From positions 4,361,862 to 4,425,861 of the forward strand of contig MU059902.1 in the NCBI GenBank assembly GCA_013265495.1: a DNA stretch of 64,000 nucleotides, read 5' to 3'. Below are positions 9,955-21,543 of this stretch, one piece after another (within the stretch, counting starts at the first letter, position 1; every line of letters begins with the position of its first letter). Both the position numbers and the translations under genes were made by a program. Source of the DNA: Vicugna vicugna (Eukaryota). The notes under the pieces are model-generated. The model saw only the letters and a program-made list of their open reading frames with translations, searched no databases and had not been told where the DNA came from.

Positions 9955-12900
9955 TTTCCTGTGTAATGATTTGAAACAACTGTCTTGAGGGTCCTCAAAG
10001 GGTCCCCCATCTTGCACTTTTAGTGGCAACCAGTCTTCAGGGTAAATGATGATTCCAAAAAAATAAGCTACTTCGGACGGCACAGTGCTCCGCTTTCTCC
10101 CATGGCCAAAGTTCTCCCCACTGTTCTGGAGGCAGTAACTTAACACAATTCAGGAAGACTGGCAGTAACTGACCGTTCACCAGTCCAAAAGCTGTGAGCA
10201 TCAGCACTGAAGAGCGGGCTGCAGACTCAGAATTCAGACAAAACCTGGCCAGTGGGGACAGCGGAGTTTGTGTCCACGTAAGAATGAAGCCTCTGGGGAG
10301 TTATTTGATGTTGCAAATATTTGGGTGTTGATTTTAAAAAAAAAAACCAGGTCTCCAGAGGATTCTATTTTAAGAGAGAGACCACCTAGGACGGAACTCA
10401 CTAACTTTATAAAGGAGGATTTCCTACAGCCTCATTCTCTCTGTGTCCGTTCCTGCGACGCATCACACAGCAGCTGTTTTACTGTGAGAATCAAGGTGTG
10501 GGCAAGAGCTAATTCAGCCCCAGGGCCTGTCTGAGCAGCATTCTTGGCTTATTATGTTAACGTATGTAATTCATACCATCCGTGGTCCACATGTGTTCTG
10601 ATTCCAGCCTACACGGAGGAGAGCGTAGCCATGTACCACTCACTGACCCCTCCCCCATTACCCTCCACCCCCCACCCCGAAGTGCTTATAAACCTTTGTG
10701 TCCCAGATGGCAGGGCCGGCCCAGTTTATACCAGCCTCTTAAGCTGAGGCTGTCCTATATCTGACTAAGATTTATGGATTCATTCAGAACGACTCTCCAG
10801 ATTCTACGCACAGTAACTCTTCGGGAATTTCGCAGGGAATCCATCAAGTGGGAAAAGCAGTGGTGTCCCTGGAAGGATTTATTTTGGCATTCCAGCTCCA
10901 GTGTGGACACATGTTATAACCCAGGGGGCCATTCTCTTTGGTCGCCTTTACAGTGGGCATGGGGTGCACGTTTACAGTGGGTGTGGGGACCTGTTGCTGT
11001 CGTGGTGTCGGGAAATCTGTGGAGAGAAGTCCCTTGCCCCCACTCCCCACTATCCAGACACTACTGCCTTCAAGAGCCCACACGAGCATCTCGCCTCCTG
11101 CTCCTTGTCCTTGTACACTCTTGGCCCCACTGTGCACATAGCTTGCTCGTCGGTGCAGCCTAGGTGTCCAACCTCCCCAACCAAAGTGAAGCAGGATGGA
11201 GAGGGCACGTGAGAGCCCCCGGAGGCTGGCTGCCCTGGCAGCGCTGATGAAGGGCGGGTGCCACCCCCGGCCCTTTGGCGTAAAGAGAGGTTGTGCCTGG
11301 AGATGCCTCCTCCCAGGTTTACAGGCTCACGTGGTGACCGATGTGAACTCTGGAGTCTGGCCAGAGTGGGCGTGCCAGCTGAGACCTTTCTAGCCTCCTT
11401 CGCCATCCAAAGAAGCTCAATCTTTCTGCTCGTTTAATGGTTGGGATGATCTATAAATACTGATGATTCTGTGCCTACGTCTCAGTGTACCTCATGCCTT
11501 ACCTTCCAATGCAAACTTGAAACCCCAAAACGCAAAACTGCACCCAACCACGCCCCACACTTTTGAGAATGAAGGGCTGGGAGCGTATTTCAAAATGCCA
11601 ATCGATCACTGACGGCCTCGATGGAAATCCCGAGAATCATGCCGAGTGTAACGCACGCACAAATCTTGGCTCAGAATGGGCAAGGAAGAGCAAGTCGGGA
11701 AGAACCATCAAAGATTCTCAGATGGTGAGAGCTTGGCTCAGTGATGTGGGCTGTGTGCTATTTACACTGGAAAACAAATAAAATGCTCAAAAAAAACAGT
11801 ATGGCACAGCAAATTGACAAACTGTACCAAAGCAACCGCTCCAGAATTGCATGAATCACAGCATGTTTGGGAATCACTGTTTCCTTCAAAGCAGATGCTG
11901 TTTAAGACGTACGCTGCTGAGTATGATCAGTGTTGAGGCTGAACTTTGGAAAACGCAGCTGCCTTCTCTTACGAGGAGGGACGACTCTCCCCGGGGCCCC
12001 CAGTGTCCTGCGAGCTCCCTCTGTCCTTGAAGCCCCCTGTCCTCCCTGAGAGCTGGTTGACCTGATGGTGACTTGACAACACAGGGATGAGCATGGGGAG
12101 GGGACCTGGGGAGTGACAGCGGTCCGGGAAGACAGCAAGTTCACCGTCAGGGTGACACACCTCAGTGTGCCCCCCCCGCCTCCACTGCAGTACCACTCTT
12201 GGCTAGAACGGCTGAGGGGTTTGGTGGGAGACCAGCTGGAAGAGGCTGTGATGACTGGGACGACTTTTTCCTTGGCACTGCGTCTTTATCCGGGAAACGA
12301 GGGTGAGGCTTTCTGGCTCCCTTCACCCCCAGACCCACCTTCAGGAAGCAAGTGGCGATTCCCTAGCCAGAGACGGTGGGGAGAGGAAGACACACGACCA
12401 CTCCCACCTCTCGCTGTGCCTCTCCCATCGCCCTGCGCTCCTGCCTTCCCGTCACTTACCCCGCTGCCTGCTGCTATTCTGTTCACTTCTGTGCCAACGG
12501 TCTGCCTCCTCCTGGAGTAGAGAGGCAGGGCCCACACGGCGGGACTGTGTCCATCTTCCTCCTCGCCGTTTCACCAACACAGCAGAAGCGCAACAAGGCT
12601 TTGCTGAGTCACAGATGGGGAGCCGGGAAGAGACACCGCTCTTCTCCTTGCGAATGGGAGTGGATGGCCCTGGGCTCACGACAGGACTCACAGCTCTTAG
12701 TAACTTCTCCCACCGTGGCTTGCGCAATGGCTCCATGGAAGAGGCAGGGAAAGACAGCCCAGTGGGGTGTGGAGACTCACTTGGGCTGGGATCTCCCCAT
12801 ACGGCCCAAGAAAAGGTGTGTACTGGCGCCATATTGAAGTGAAGACCCTGAGGAGACCCAGCCTGACCATGAAAGGGCTGCAGGTGCCAGCCCTGAACCT

Positions 12901-14909
12901 CAGCCCTGGGGCTGCTTTCTTCCAAGAGAAGCCTCATGAGCGACTGATGATACTGGACCACAGGGGAGGAGAAGCAAAAGAGATGGGATAGCTCCACGGG
13001 CAACGGAGTCAAAGGGAGACCATGCAAGGCGAAGGGTCAACTTCCCATTATGTTTGTTTCATAGCCTAACACAGGGGGGCGGACATCCACACGAAAGTTC
13101 CTGAATCCAGTGCCTGCAAGGAAGGTTCTGACTGATGCTGAAACGTGGCTAAGAAGAAGAAACATTTCTGAGATGAAAGAGTGCTTGACGGCTGCAAGAT
13201 CACAGCAGTGGCTGCTGACTTCCTGGGGGGCAACTCCAGAGAGCTGGTGGGGTTTGCCGAGGAGTCTAGGTTTCTAGGTTTAAAATGCTCACGAAGGACT
13301 GAGATGAATGTCTGGGAGCTGAAGCCAACACAAGGGGCCACCCAACCTCAGACCAGAAACACTTTGGAGGAAACGTGGCTTCCCAAGTGGCCCCTCTTCG
13401 GACCCTGCTGGACTCTGATTTTGGCAGAAAACGCTCAGGGAGCCTTCGTGGCCCTGCCTCAAGCATCCTCCCCTCGGCACTCAGAACCTGTAAACAAAGT
13501 AATGACACCCTTCACTTCAACCAGACGACAGTGGCACCATGTGGGTGAAGACTGGATGCAACCGAGCCTAGAGGTGGACTCCACCACGCGGTGGGTTCCC
13601 GAAAGCCAAGCCCAGTCGTTGCGAAAGTTTTCAGGGTCTGCAGGGAAGAGCCGGCGGCCCAGGACGGCGGGGCTTCAGGGCCACTGAGGGCATGAGATGG
13701 AGGCAGACGGGAATCTGGGACCTCACCGGATGACGTGGCCCTTTGGGCACCATTCCTGAGGGAGAAAAGGGCAGAAGCAAGGTAAGGACCGAGCCCTGGA
13801 GGCTAAGAAGGCTCAAACCTTTGACGGAACAGGGCAGGGCTGCCGATGGACTCTGAAATCCAAAGAGCCAAGGAAAGGGAACACTGAGCAACGCAGGACG
13901 TCGCCCACGGCTGCGGAAGGGCGCCCGCGTTTGGACACGTGCGCGGGGGCCCGATTCAGGAAGAAAGCCTGTGCTGCTGCCGCTGTGGGGTTGGAGAGGA
14001 AGTCCGTGGCCCGTTCACTTGCACTTTTTATCTCCTTGCACAGAGATGACGTTTCCAGGTAACCGTTAAAAAAATAAAATAAAACACCTCTACGCTCCCT
14101 CCCTCAATCGTCACGATATGGGAGGCTTCCCCTAAACGGATGTTTTGTTCTGACAGGTGTGAGCACAGTGCTGGACTACTGGGGGGGACAGGCCGGCGAC
14201 GGCTGGTGGCTGCACACGTGCCTCCAAGCTCTGCCCTGAGCGCCTGTCGAAGGGGCTGTTGGGGTGCAAAGAGGGGGTTGTTACTTCAAACTTCCTTTGA
14301 AAGCTTGGCGTCACCTGCAGCTCTGGAGAGTTCAGGCATCCCAGGGCCGCCTGAGCTCTGGGGCGGGTGCTGAGCTGCGTCCCCACCAGGAATCCTGGGT
14401 GCTGCCGTGGGTGGACGGGCAGACCCCCTGCCATCACCTCCTCTCAGCGCGTCAGACACAGAGCGGCCGCTCCCGGCGCCCCGTCGGCTGCTGCCGGCCC
14501 TGCCTCGGTGCTCACGTCGAGCTGCACCCGCCTGAGTAAGGAGAGCCCCCCTCCAGCGGGAGAGCGACCGGTGGAAGATGAGAGGGATGAGCTGCGTAAC
14601 CGGCAGAGAGACGGCCACCACGGAGCGCTGCACAGGTGAGTCGGGAATCTGGGGACCAAATGGCTACGTTTGCGGCATCTTGTTTGATGTGTCAGAGTTT
14701 GGGTGGCGGGAGGGAGCACAAAGGAAACCAAGAAACCACCTTTCCCACAGGAGCAGCCTCACCAATTCAGGTCTTCACAGGGCGGTGGGACCCCGGCGGG
14801 CATCGCTTTGCCCTTCCCTATTTCAGAAAGTACAAAAGCCAACTTTTCAAACACATTTCAGGTCAGCAGCCTGGCCAGTAAGCAGATGAGAGGTCAGCTC
14901 CCTGCCTGA

Positions 14910-14929
14910 TGACCTTTAACCTTTAACCT
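14910..14929 (-). promoter_or_regulatory. Triple DR1-type nuclear-receptor half-site array
   Basis: minus strand AGGTTA-A-AGGTTA-A-AGGTCA. Confidence 0.35.
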
Positions 14930-15499
14930 GGCCTACAGCATCTCACCCAATTGGTTCTCGCACCTACTGGTGAAACCGCTCATAGGAGGCCAGGCACGTG
15001 GCATCTGGGGTCCCCAGGCGGACATGCCCTCTGTCTGAAGGGGCAGCGTGGGGTCTAGATGGGCCCCCCATCCCTTAAAGCACCCCCACCGACCACATGA
15101 TGGGGGCTGGGACACCTGGGTGAGGTGGGGGCCCTGAGGGAGTGTCTGTGATGAAGTGTGTGTGTGGTTGGGATTCTCTGTAACAAGACGCCGGTCTGTG
15201 CCCCGATGTCCCCCAGGTGGCTCCACCGTGGGATTCTTGACGGCAAAGCACAAACGCTGGCCAACGGGAGCCGACAAGAGACAGCGTCGTTGCTACCCCT
15301 CCACCGTGGGTCAAAGTCGCTCTTGGGCTCAAGAAGGAGCAGGCAACCTCGGAGCGCCCGGTGCGGAGAAGAGCCCAGAACACGCCCGCCCAGCCCCGTC
15401 CCCGCCCGGGGCCCGGCGTCCGGCCGCAGACCCACGGCGCCCTCGTCCGCGGCTCAGCGCTGCCCTGACGAGCACACACACGGCACCAGGCTGCAGGCC

Positions 15500-15532
15500 T
15501 TTAATTTTTGGAACTGGAACATTTTCTTTAAT
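15500..15532 (-). terminator. Candidate proximal poly(A) signals (two ATTAAA) about 1.1 kb into the last exon
   Basis: plus-strand tttaat at 15500-15505 and 15527-15532; downstream sequence is GC-rich, so usage is uncertain. Confidence 0.35.
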
Positions 15533-15934
15533 CCGGTCTAGGCTCGTATAACACAAGGATGGCCAGGAGCCCACCACCCACCCTCCCAATGTGGCGCTCA
15601 GGCCAGCTGGTGAGCGGCCGGCCACACAAGGGCGCACATGGCTGTCAGGTAGCTTCTTCAAACAGGTAAATGGAAAAAGGTCATATTTATGTGTCTATCT
15701 ATTATATGTATATATATGTATGTATATAAAACCATGGCGTTCTTCGTTCTGGCCCAAGATGACACTTCAGCACACCTCTGGCGCCACCCAGCAGGCACCC
15801 AGCACGTGCGGACCTTGCCAGGTCAGGGTCGCCGCGTGCGGGTCGGGGCCGCCCGGGACGGGTGGCGGCGGGGCGCCAGGTCACCAGAAGGAGTATGCTC
15901 ACGGGTGGAGCTCCGTGTCCAATGTCTGCGGATG

Positions 15935-15970
15935 TGTGTGCGTACGTGTGTGTGTGTGTGCACGTGTGCG
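15935..15970. repeat. Interrupted (GT)n tract in the proximal 3' UTR, (CA)n in the mRNA
   Basis: gtgtgtgcgtacgtgtgtgtgtgtgtgcacgtgtgcg. Confidence 0.85.
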
Positions 15971-16114
15971 AGTCTGCAGAGTAGAAAACACCAGTTCATT
16001 CTATGCGTACTAAGCATGTTCAATAAATCTGATTTCGTAACTGAGAACACATTTTCTTTTTTTTTAAAAAGGAACATTGAAGATCTTCAAAAATTGCTAC
16101 AGTACAAAAAAGGG

Positions 16115-16136
16115 GTGTGTGTGTGTGTGTGTGTGT
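16115..16136. repeat. (GT)n microsatellite in the proximal 3' UTR, followed by a TA-rich tract
   Basis: gtgtgtgtgtgtgtgtgtgtgtatttatatatttatatatgtat. Confidence 0.9.
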
Positions 16137-16595
16137 ATTTATATATTTATATATGTATAGTAACCAGAAACAGCGACTCTGGCGGAAGAGATTCTCGCTC
16201 CTGCTTTCTGTACGACGTCTCCTCGCGGCTCGCGTGGCTGCAGCTCTGTCCCCAAGTCCTTCGGGTCAGTACATGGCACATAATGGTATTATTGGCACGG
16301 GTTCAGAATCAAAGTACAAATCCCAGCGTCCAGCGCGACCTCCTTCCTGTCCCTTCCCTCCGCCTCCAGGTCCTTCCTTCCCTCGCGGGTCTGCTTCCTG
16401 CTCCCCGAAGCAGCTCTGGGAGAAGGCCGTTCCCATAGGCAACAGCATCTTTATAAAAATATATTTGGCCTACAGCGTCCTGCTCTGCGAGTTCCCCACC
16501 GGCAAACAGAGGTGGTGGGCGCAGGGACCCTCCCCTTACATAGTTTAGTTTTAGGTTTTGTGGGGGGGGGTTTGTAATTTTTGATTTATTTTTTT

Positions 16596-16617
16596 TTACA
16601 GGTTCACCAACGGAATC
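16596..16617 (-). CDS. AJAP1: Alternative AJAP1 C-terminal coding segment (R)IPLVNL* at the start of the last exon, in frame with exon 4 when exon 5 is skipped
   Basis: strong acceptor ttttaatctcttcttgttttctctccacacag|G at 16617; CG|G ATT CCG TTG GTG AAC CTG TAA; matches recalled PIANP C-terminus NRIPLVNL. Confidence 0.75.
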
Positions 16618-17380
16618 CTGTGTGGAGAGAAAACAAGAAGAGATTAAAAGGCAGCAGGCCAGGGGCAGGGCATCTCGGCAGCCTCCCGAGCCTCCAGGGC
16701 GGGGCCCCTGCCCCTGGCTACGGACACCCGAGAGTCCCGGGGACACCCAAGGCTGCCTCGCGGGGCCTGGGCACCGGGAGTCGGTGCGCACGCCAGGAAT
16801 CCCGGGGGGAGTTGAGAGTTAATTACGGGGAAATTGGTGGAGGGGGGTCCCCCGCCTGTCCGAGATCGGGTGTGGGCTTCCCCAGAGGGGGCCAGACCAC
16901 CCTACATTAACTGTTGAGGGGCAGGGACACTGCACCCCAGACCTGCAGGTGACTGAGCGCACCCAGCACCCTGCTTGCTCTGGCCGCCAAGGCACAGAGG
17001 GGGGCCGCCAGCTCCATCCCTGGGCTGCGGGAAGCAGTGGAGTCCACTTCAGTCCACTACACAGCTAGGAGCTCGCTGAGGCTGGAACTCAGGGGAGGTC
17101 AACGGACTTCATCAGAAAAGCCACCTCCTGGGTCTGCCCAGGGGCTGATCTTGCTGGAGAGAGAAAGAGACGGTGAACCACCGTGCACACAGCTCAGGTC
17201 AGCCGGCTGCAAAGAAGCTGGCGGCTCTCGCCCCACCTGGGGGGTGCCACTTCGGAAAATGGAGACCCCAAGTCTTCCTGCTGCAAGGAGAGACCCCAAG
17301 GACAGCGTCCCCCTGGGAGTCAGAGAGCTTCAGCCGTCCTGGGCAGGGCCAGGGGAGTCGGGACGCCTCCCAGCTCAGCC

Positions 17381-17414
17381 CCGAGGGGCGCTGGCTCCGA
17401 GGGGCGCTGGCTCC
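17381..17414. repeat. Perfect 16-bp tandem duplication
   Basis: (ccgaggggcgctggct)x2+cc. Confidence 0.85.
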
Positions 17415-18123
17415 AAGACGCAGCTCTGTGATGAGGGTGGGGCAGGGTGTCTCTCTGCTGTCACTCAGAGTGCCCACCCGCGCCCCTACAACTCCCGGAA
17501 ATCAGGACCCTCAAAGGTGTGAGGAGGAATGATGGTGCATCCTCCTTCCACACAGACTAGGGGGTAGGTGCCTTCTCCTGAAGCAGAGAAGCCCCCTGGG
17601 TGCTCCTTGGTAGGACTTCAGGCTGAAGGGCACCCGGGTGTGGGGCACACCTGCAGGGGTGGTGGGAGCAGCGTCCCGGTCAGCACCGTCTCTGGCATCT
17701 TCTCCAAGAGCCTTGGTGGCCGAAGACCAGGGTAGGGGTGACGGCACCCATTCCCTCTCTAGGACCCCTCCCCGTCTGGATGACGAAGGCAGAGTCACCT
17801 TGACTTCCTCCTACATCCAAACGATGCCCGTTTGGGCAACTCTGGGAGGCCTCAAATAGAGCTTCTAATCACCTCCTGTGGGGCGGCCCGCCCTGCTGTG
17901 GGCAGGGGTGTCACCGGGTGGAATGGGACCGACATCCTGTCAGCTGTGTGCCGGACCGCCCTGGGCAGCTGCTCTCCAACCGTGCCCCGCCCCCGCCCCT
18001 CCTCCGCTCTCTGGGATTTGGGGTGGGGGGGGTTAGAAAGTGCAGTTGTTGAAATGAGAGAGGAACGTCCCTCTTGCATGTCTCTCTGCATTATAACCTT
18101 TTGAAAGTTAAAAAAAAAAAGTG

Positions 18124-18397
18124 GAGACAAATCCTCTGCGATCTCCCTGATACGAGGTCCCTGGAACTGTCAGATGCAGAGAGACGGAGGGCAGAGGGCT
18201 GGGTGAGGCGGATGCGGACACAATATGTCAGTCTGGGAAAGTGAGAAAAGTTCCGAGATGAACGATGGTGATGGTTTTCATAACAACTGTGACTGTATTT
18301 AATGCCACATAACTGCCCTGTTTAATGGTTCAAATGGTCAGTTTTTTGTTATGGACGTTCTACGACAATTTAAAAATTTAAAAAAATATTAAAAAAT
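18124..18397 (+). mobile_element. L1M (L1MB-like) 3' end fragment
   Basis: gaaaagttccgagatgaacgatggtgatgg...aatgccac...aatggttcaaatggtca...acaatttaaaaa resembles the recalled L1MB 3' terminus. Confidence 0.75.
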
Positions 18398-20201
18398 ACA
18401 GGGACCCTAAAAGCTGGGTCTGGTGACCCTCCCCCCGTCCTGGTGGCCTAGGACCGTCTTGGGTTTAAGCGGCTGCCCGTTGCCCCAGGGTGACGGCTGC
18501 TCTCAGATGGGCCGGGGTTGGACCGCGAGTCACAGGGCCTCCTTCCCTAAGAAGGGGGCTTTCCTCGGAGAGCCGCCGCCGGTGGCTTCCTTCCCACCCT
18601 TTATTCCGACCTTACACAGACAGACCAAGGGAGGCGCTGCTTCTGTTCTGTCTCCTGGGCTCTTTTCTTACAGACGTTATCTGCCACTTTGTTACTTAAA
18701 AGTCTTGGCTGCCTCTGCCGCGGGCTCCCTGGATCCTCCAGGACGAGGTCCCACCACCTCCACCCCATCCCCCCCAGTTACACTTCCAACTCCCAGTTTC
18801 CTCCAGTGGACTCTTCGGTCAACAGTCAAGTACAAACCACAGCAGCAGAGTCTTCAACAGGAAAGTTATCAACCACAGGCCCCTAAAGGACAAGACTCAC
18901 ACTGCGTCTCCGACAGAAAGCTGTTACCCTGGCCGCGCGGCCAGCGAGAAGCCGCTCACACCCTGAGCTCCCAGTTTCCCAGCAGGCTTTCACTAAAAAC
19001 AAAACCCCAAACCCTCTCACCTGCCTCTTTTTCTCTATAAAATAACCTCTCCTCTGTGCGTTGGACTTACCCGTGGCTTTTGTAGAGCCTGCTTGTTCCA
19101 AATTGCAATTCCTTTGCTGTTCTTGAATAAACCCACTTTTGCTGGTTTAACAAAACTAAACAAAACAAAAAAGCAGCCCCTGTACCCTGGCCTCAAAGCA
19201 TAAATCTCTGGCCTCAAATTCCCCACATCCCTGCTGACCTCCCCTCCCAGGGAGGCCTTCGTGAATACTGCCTCCTCTCCTAAACGTGTTCTGTTTCATT
19301 TCTGTCCATCAGGGCATCCGGCTCTGTGACTCCTCGGGCACAGGGCGACTGGCACTGGTGCCATCTGCACGTGTGTACGTCACATGTCACCCCAGGTGTC
19401 GCGGGTGCCCGCCGGGTCCCCGTGGGTTTGCCCAGGTTGCAGCTGAGCCTGGCCCGGGAGGGAAATCCACGTGGAGTGAAGCTCAGAGAAGAGGCATCTG
19501 TACGAGAGGAGCTTTGTCCTCGGCATCCTTATCTGCCAGAAGTGCCTACAGGTGAAGTCACGTGGGAGGATGGAGGGCAGGGCTCTGGGCCACTCGGGGG
19601 CCAGCCTCTTCCAAACCTACCAGCATCTGCTTCTCCCCAGCGTCTCAGGATGGTGCCAGCTCTGCACCTTGAATTGCCATTTGAACAGCGGTGCTGGCTT
19701 CTTGTAGAGGGGCTGGTAGGTCACCTGCAAGGAGGAGGAGGCGACCCCGGCCACGCTCCAGGCCGCCAGTTCCTGCTGCCTGCACTCAGCTCATGGAGGC
19801 GGCTCGGGTTGTCCTGCTCCGGAGGCTCAGCGCGAGAGCCTCTCAGCCGGGCACTGACCCCAGGAGGGCTGGAGAGAGCGCGTCCTGCCTGGAGGAGGGC
19901 ACCGGCGGCGGTGTGGACGCAAGATTCTGGGCCAGAACGGGAGGCTTCCGCTTCAGAGATCCGAGAGATGAGGACGTGGGATAAATTCTGACTTGGGAGA
20001 AACGAGTGCCCTCTGCTGCCTGGCGGGGGAGCCTCGGCTCCCTGGGCCCGCCGGGCTGCAAACCGCACGGGGTCCTGGGCTTGAAGGTCAGCGCCTGCTT
20101 GCGCAGAGCGAAGAGAACAGCAGGCAGACTGCGGTAGGGCCCAGAGTGCGGGAGCTGCGGCGAGTGCCCCGCACCCCGGGAAGGCTCCTTCCCCAGTGCT
20201 C

Positions 20202-20234
20202 TGCTCGGCGGCGCCGGTGCTCGGCGGCGCCGGT
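20202..20234. repeat. Perfect 16-bp tandem duplication
   Basis: (tgctcggcggcgccgg)x2+t. Confidence 0.85.
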
Positions 20235-21453
20235 CCTCAGCCTGGGGAGAGAGGAGTTTCCAGAAGGGGCTGGATGTTGCTTTGAAGACAGCGTTCCTTT
20301 GAATTACAGAAGCTGGATATTCTGTTAATGTATTTTTTAGAACAACGCGGGAAGGCTCAGGTGCGTTTCTTGTGTTTTATTAGTTATGTCTCTGGTGTGT
20401 TTTTGAAGATAGTCACCACACGTGGTTCATTTCGCACTGGCTTCGGTGCAAGGGCTTTATGGCTTGCGAGGCTCGGCTCGGAATGATGTGGCCTTGGCCG
20501 GAGGCAAGATCTGAGCACTAATGAGGTTTTCTGAAGTTTACTTGCTAACATGAAAAATGACAGGAAATTAGCCCACGAGCCGATGGGAGGCATGGGTCCA
20601 AGGGCCCTTTCCTGGGAGCACCTTTTCTCATCCAGAGCATCCAATCGGGCCCCACCACGCAGGGGGTCTGGGGCTAGAGTCTGATGGAATCTATCGTAAG
20701 GGCTGAACCCAGGGAGACAGGCTTAACTGCTGCCCAGGCTGGGCTGTCTGCGTCCACGAGCCCTGGTCCTGCCGTCAACCTGCCGGCAGGGAAGCGGGCT
20801 CACTGGGGCGGGGCTCGGGTCCCCAGTGTGCCGGGGTCAGTATGAGCACGCAAGACGGGCGGTGGGTAACAAACAGCTATATCATCATTAAAAATGCATT
20901 TGGAGAGGCTTACCAGCCATGCAAGAGATAAATCTCTCCGCTGGCTCTTAAACCTTAATTAAAAGTTTTAGTATTAATTGCTATTTATTTAAGGGACAAT
21001 AAGTGCATCAGAAAATCTGAGCCGTTCTCTGCTCCATCCTCACGTCCAGGCGTTGACTGCAGGAATCAGGGCTGCTTCAAGTCTGAACGCGTTCCCCCGG
21101 TGAGTGATAAGCAGTCCGCCCGACGCTCAGGGACGGGATATGGAAACACTTATCGAGGACGGTCAGGGCTGCTGGCATGGCCCTCCTGGTCCGTGTCTGC
21201 GGGGGGGGGGGAGGCGGAGAGAGCAGATGCTCTGAGTCCGTGGGCGCCGTGGCTGAGCGTGGTTGCGCTCGGAGCAAGTCCCATGTGTTCTGCTCGCCTC
21301 CCCACACCAGCCACCTGAGATCACGGCGACTCGGTCAAGCGCTGGGGACACAGGTATCCTCTCCTGAAGACGGGCCTGGTCCTGAAACAGCTCCTTGAGA
21401 GACTTGGGAAGTGTGGCCCAGACACCTCAAGGAGAAGTGGCCCCCGGGGCCCA

Positions 21454-21543
21454 TCTGGGGTCACACACGAGGAGAGCCCACCCCAGTGTCCGTGGGTCTC
21501 TGGGGTCACACACACGGAGGGCCTGCCCCAGTGTTTGGGGGGT
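21454..21543. repeat. Degenerate ~45-bp tandem duplication
   Basis: tctggggtcacacac...ccccagtgt...ggtc occurs twice. Confidence 0.7.

Larger units (their letters stand above)
7205..16617 (-). other. AJAP1: AJAP1 terminal exon with long 3' UTR (about 9.4 kb to the distal poly(A) site; 3' end approximate)
   Basis: acceptor at 16617; UTR-like AT/CA-rich blocks at 15650-16600 and 7200-7700; ATTAAA with upstream UGUA motifs at the distal end; similar to the recalled ~10-kb human last exon. Confidence 0.7.

Noticed and set aside
3620-14645. Plus-strand splice-like signals (acceptor at 3642, donor CAG|GTGAGT near 14636) and AATAAA (5838, 7343) suggesting an antisense lncRNA
   Set aside because: Isolated consensus matches are expected by chance and do not form a coherent exon chain; stranded RNA-seq would be needed
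16585-16590. AATAAA on the sense strand 5 nt after the IPLVNL stop
   Set aside because: No downstream U/GU-rich element; it is part of an A-tract that could cause internal priming; probably not a used signal
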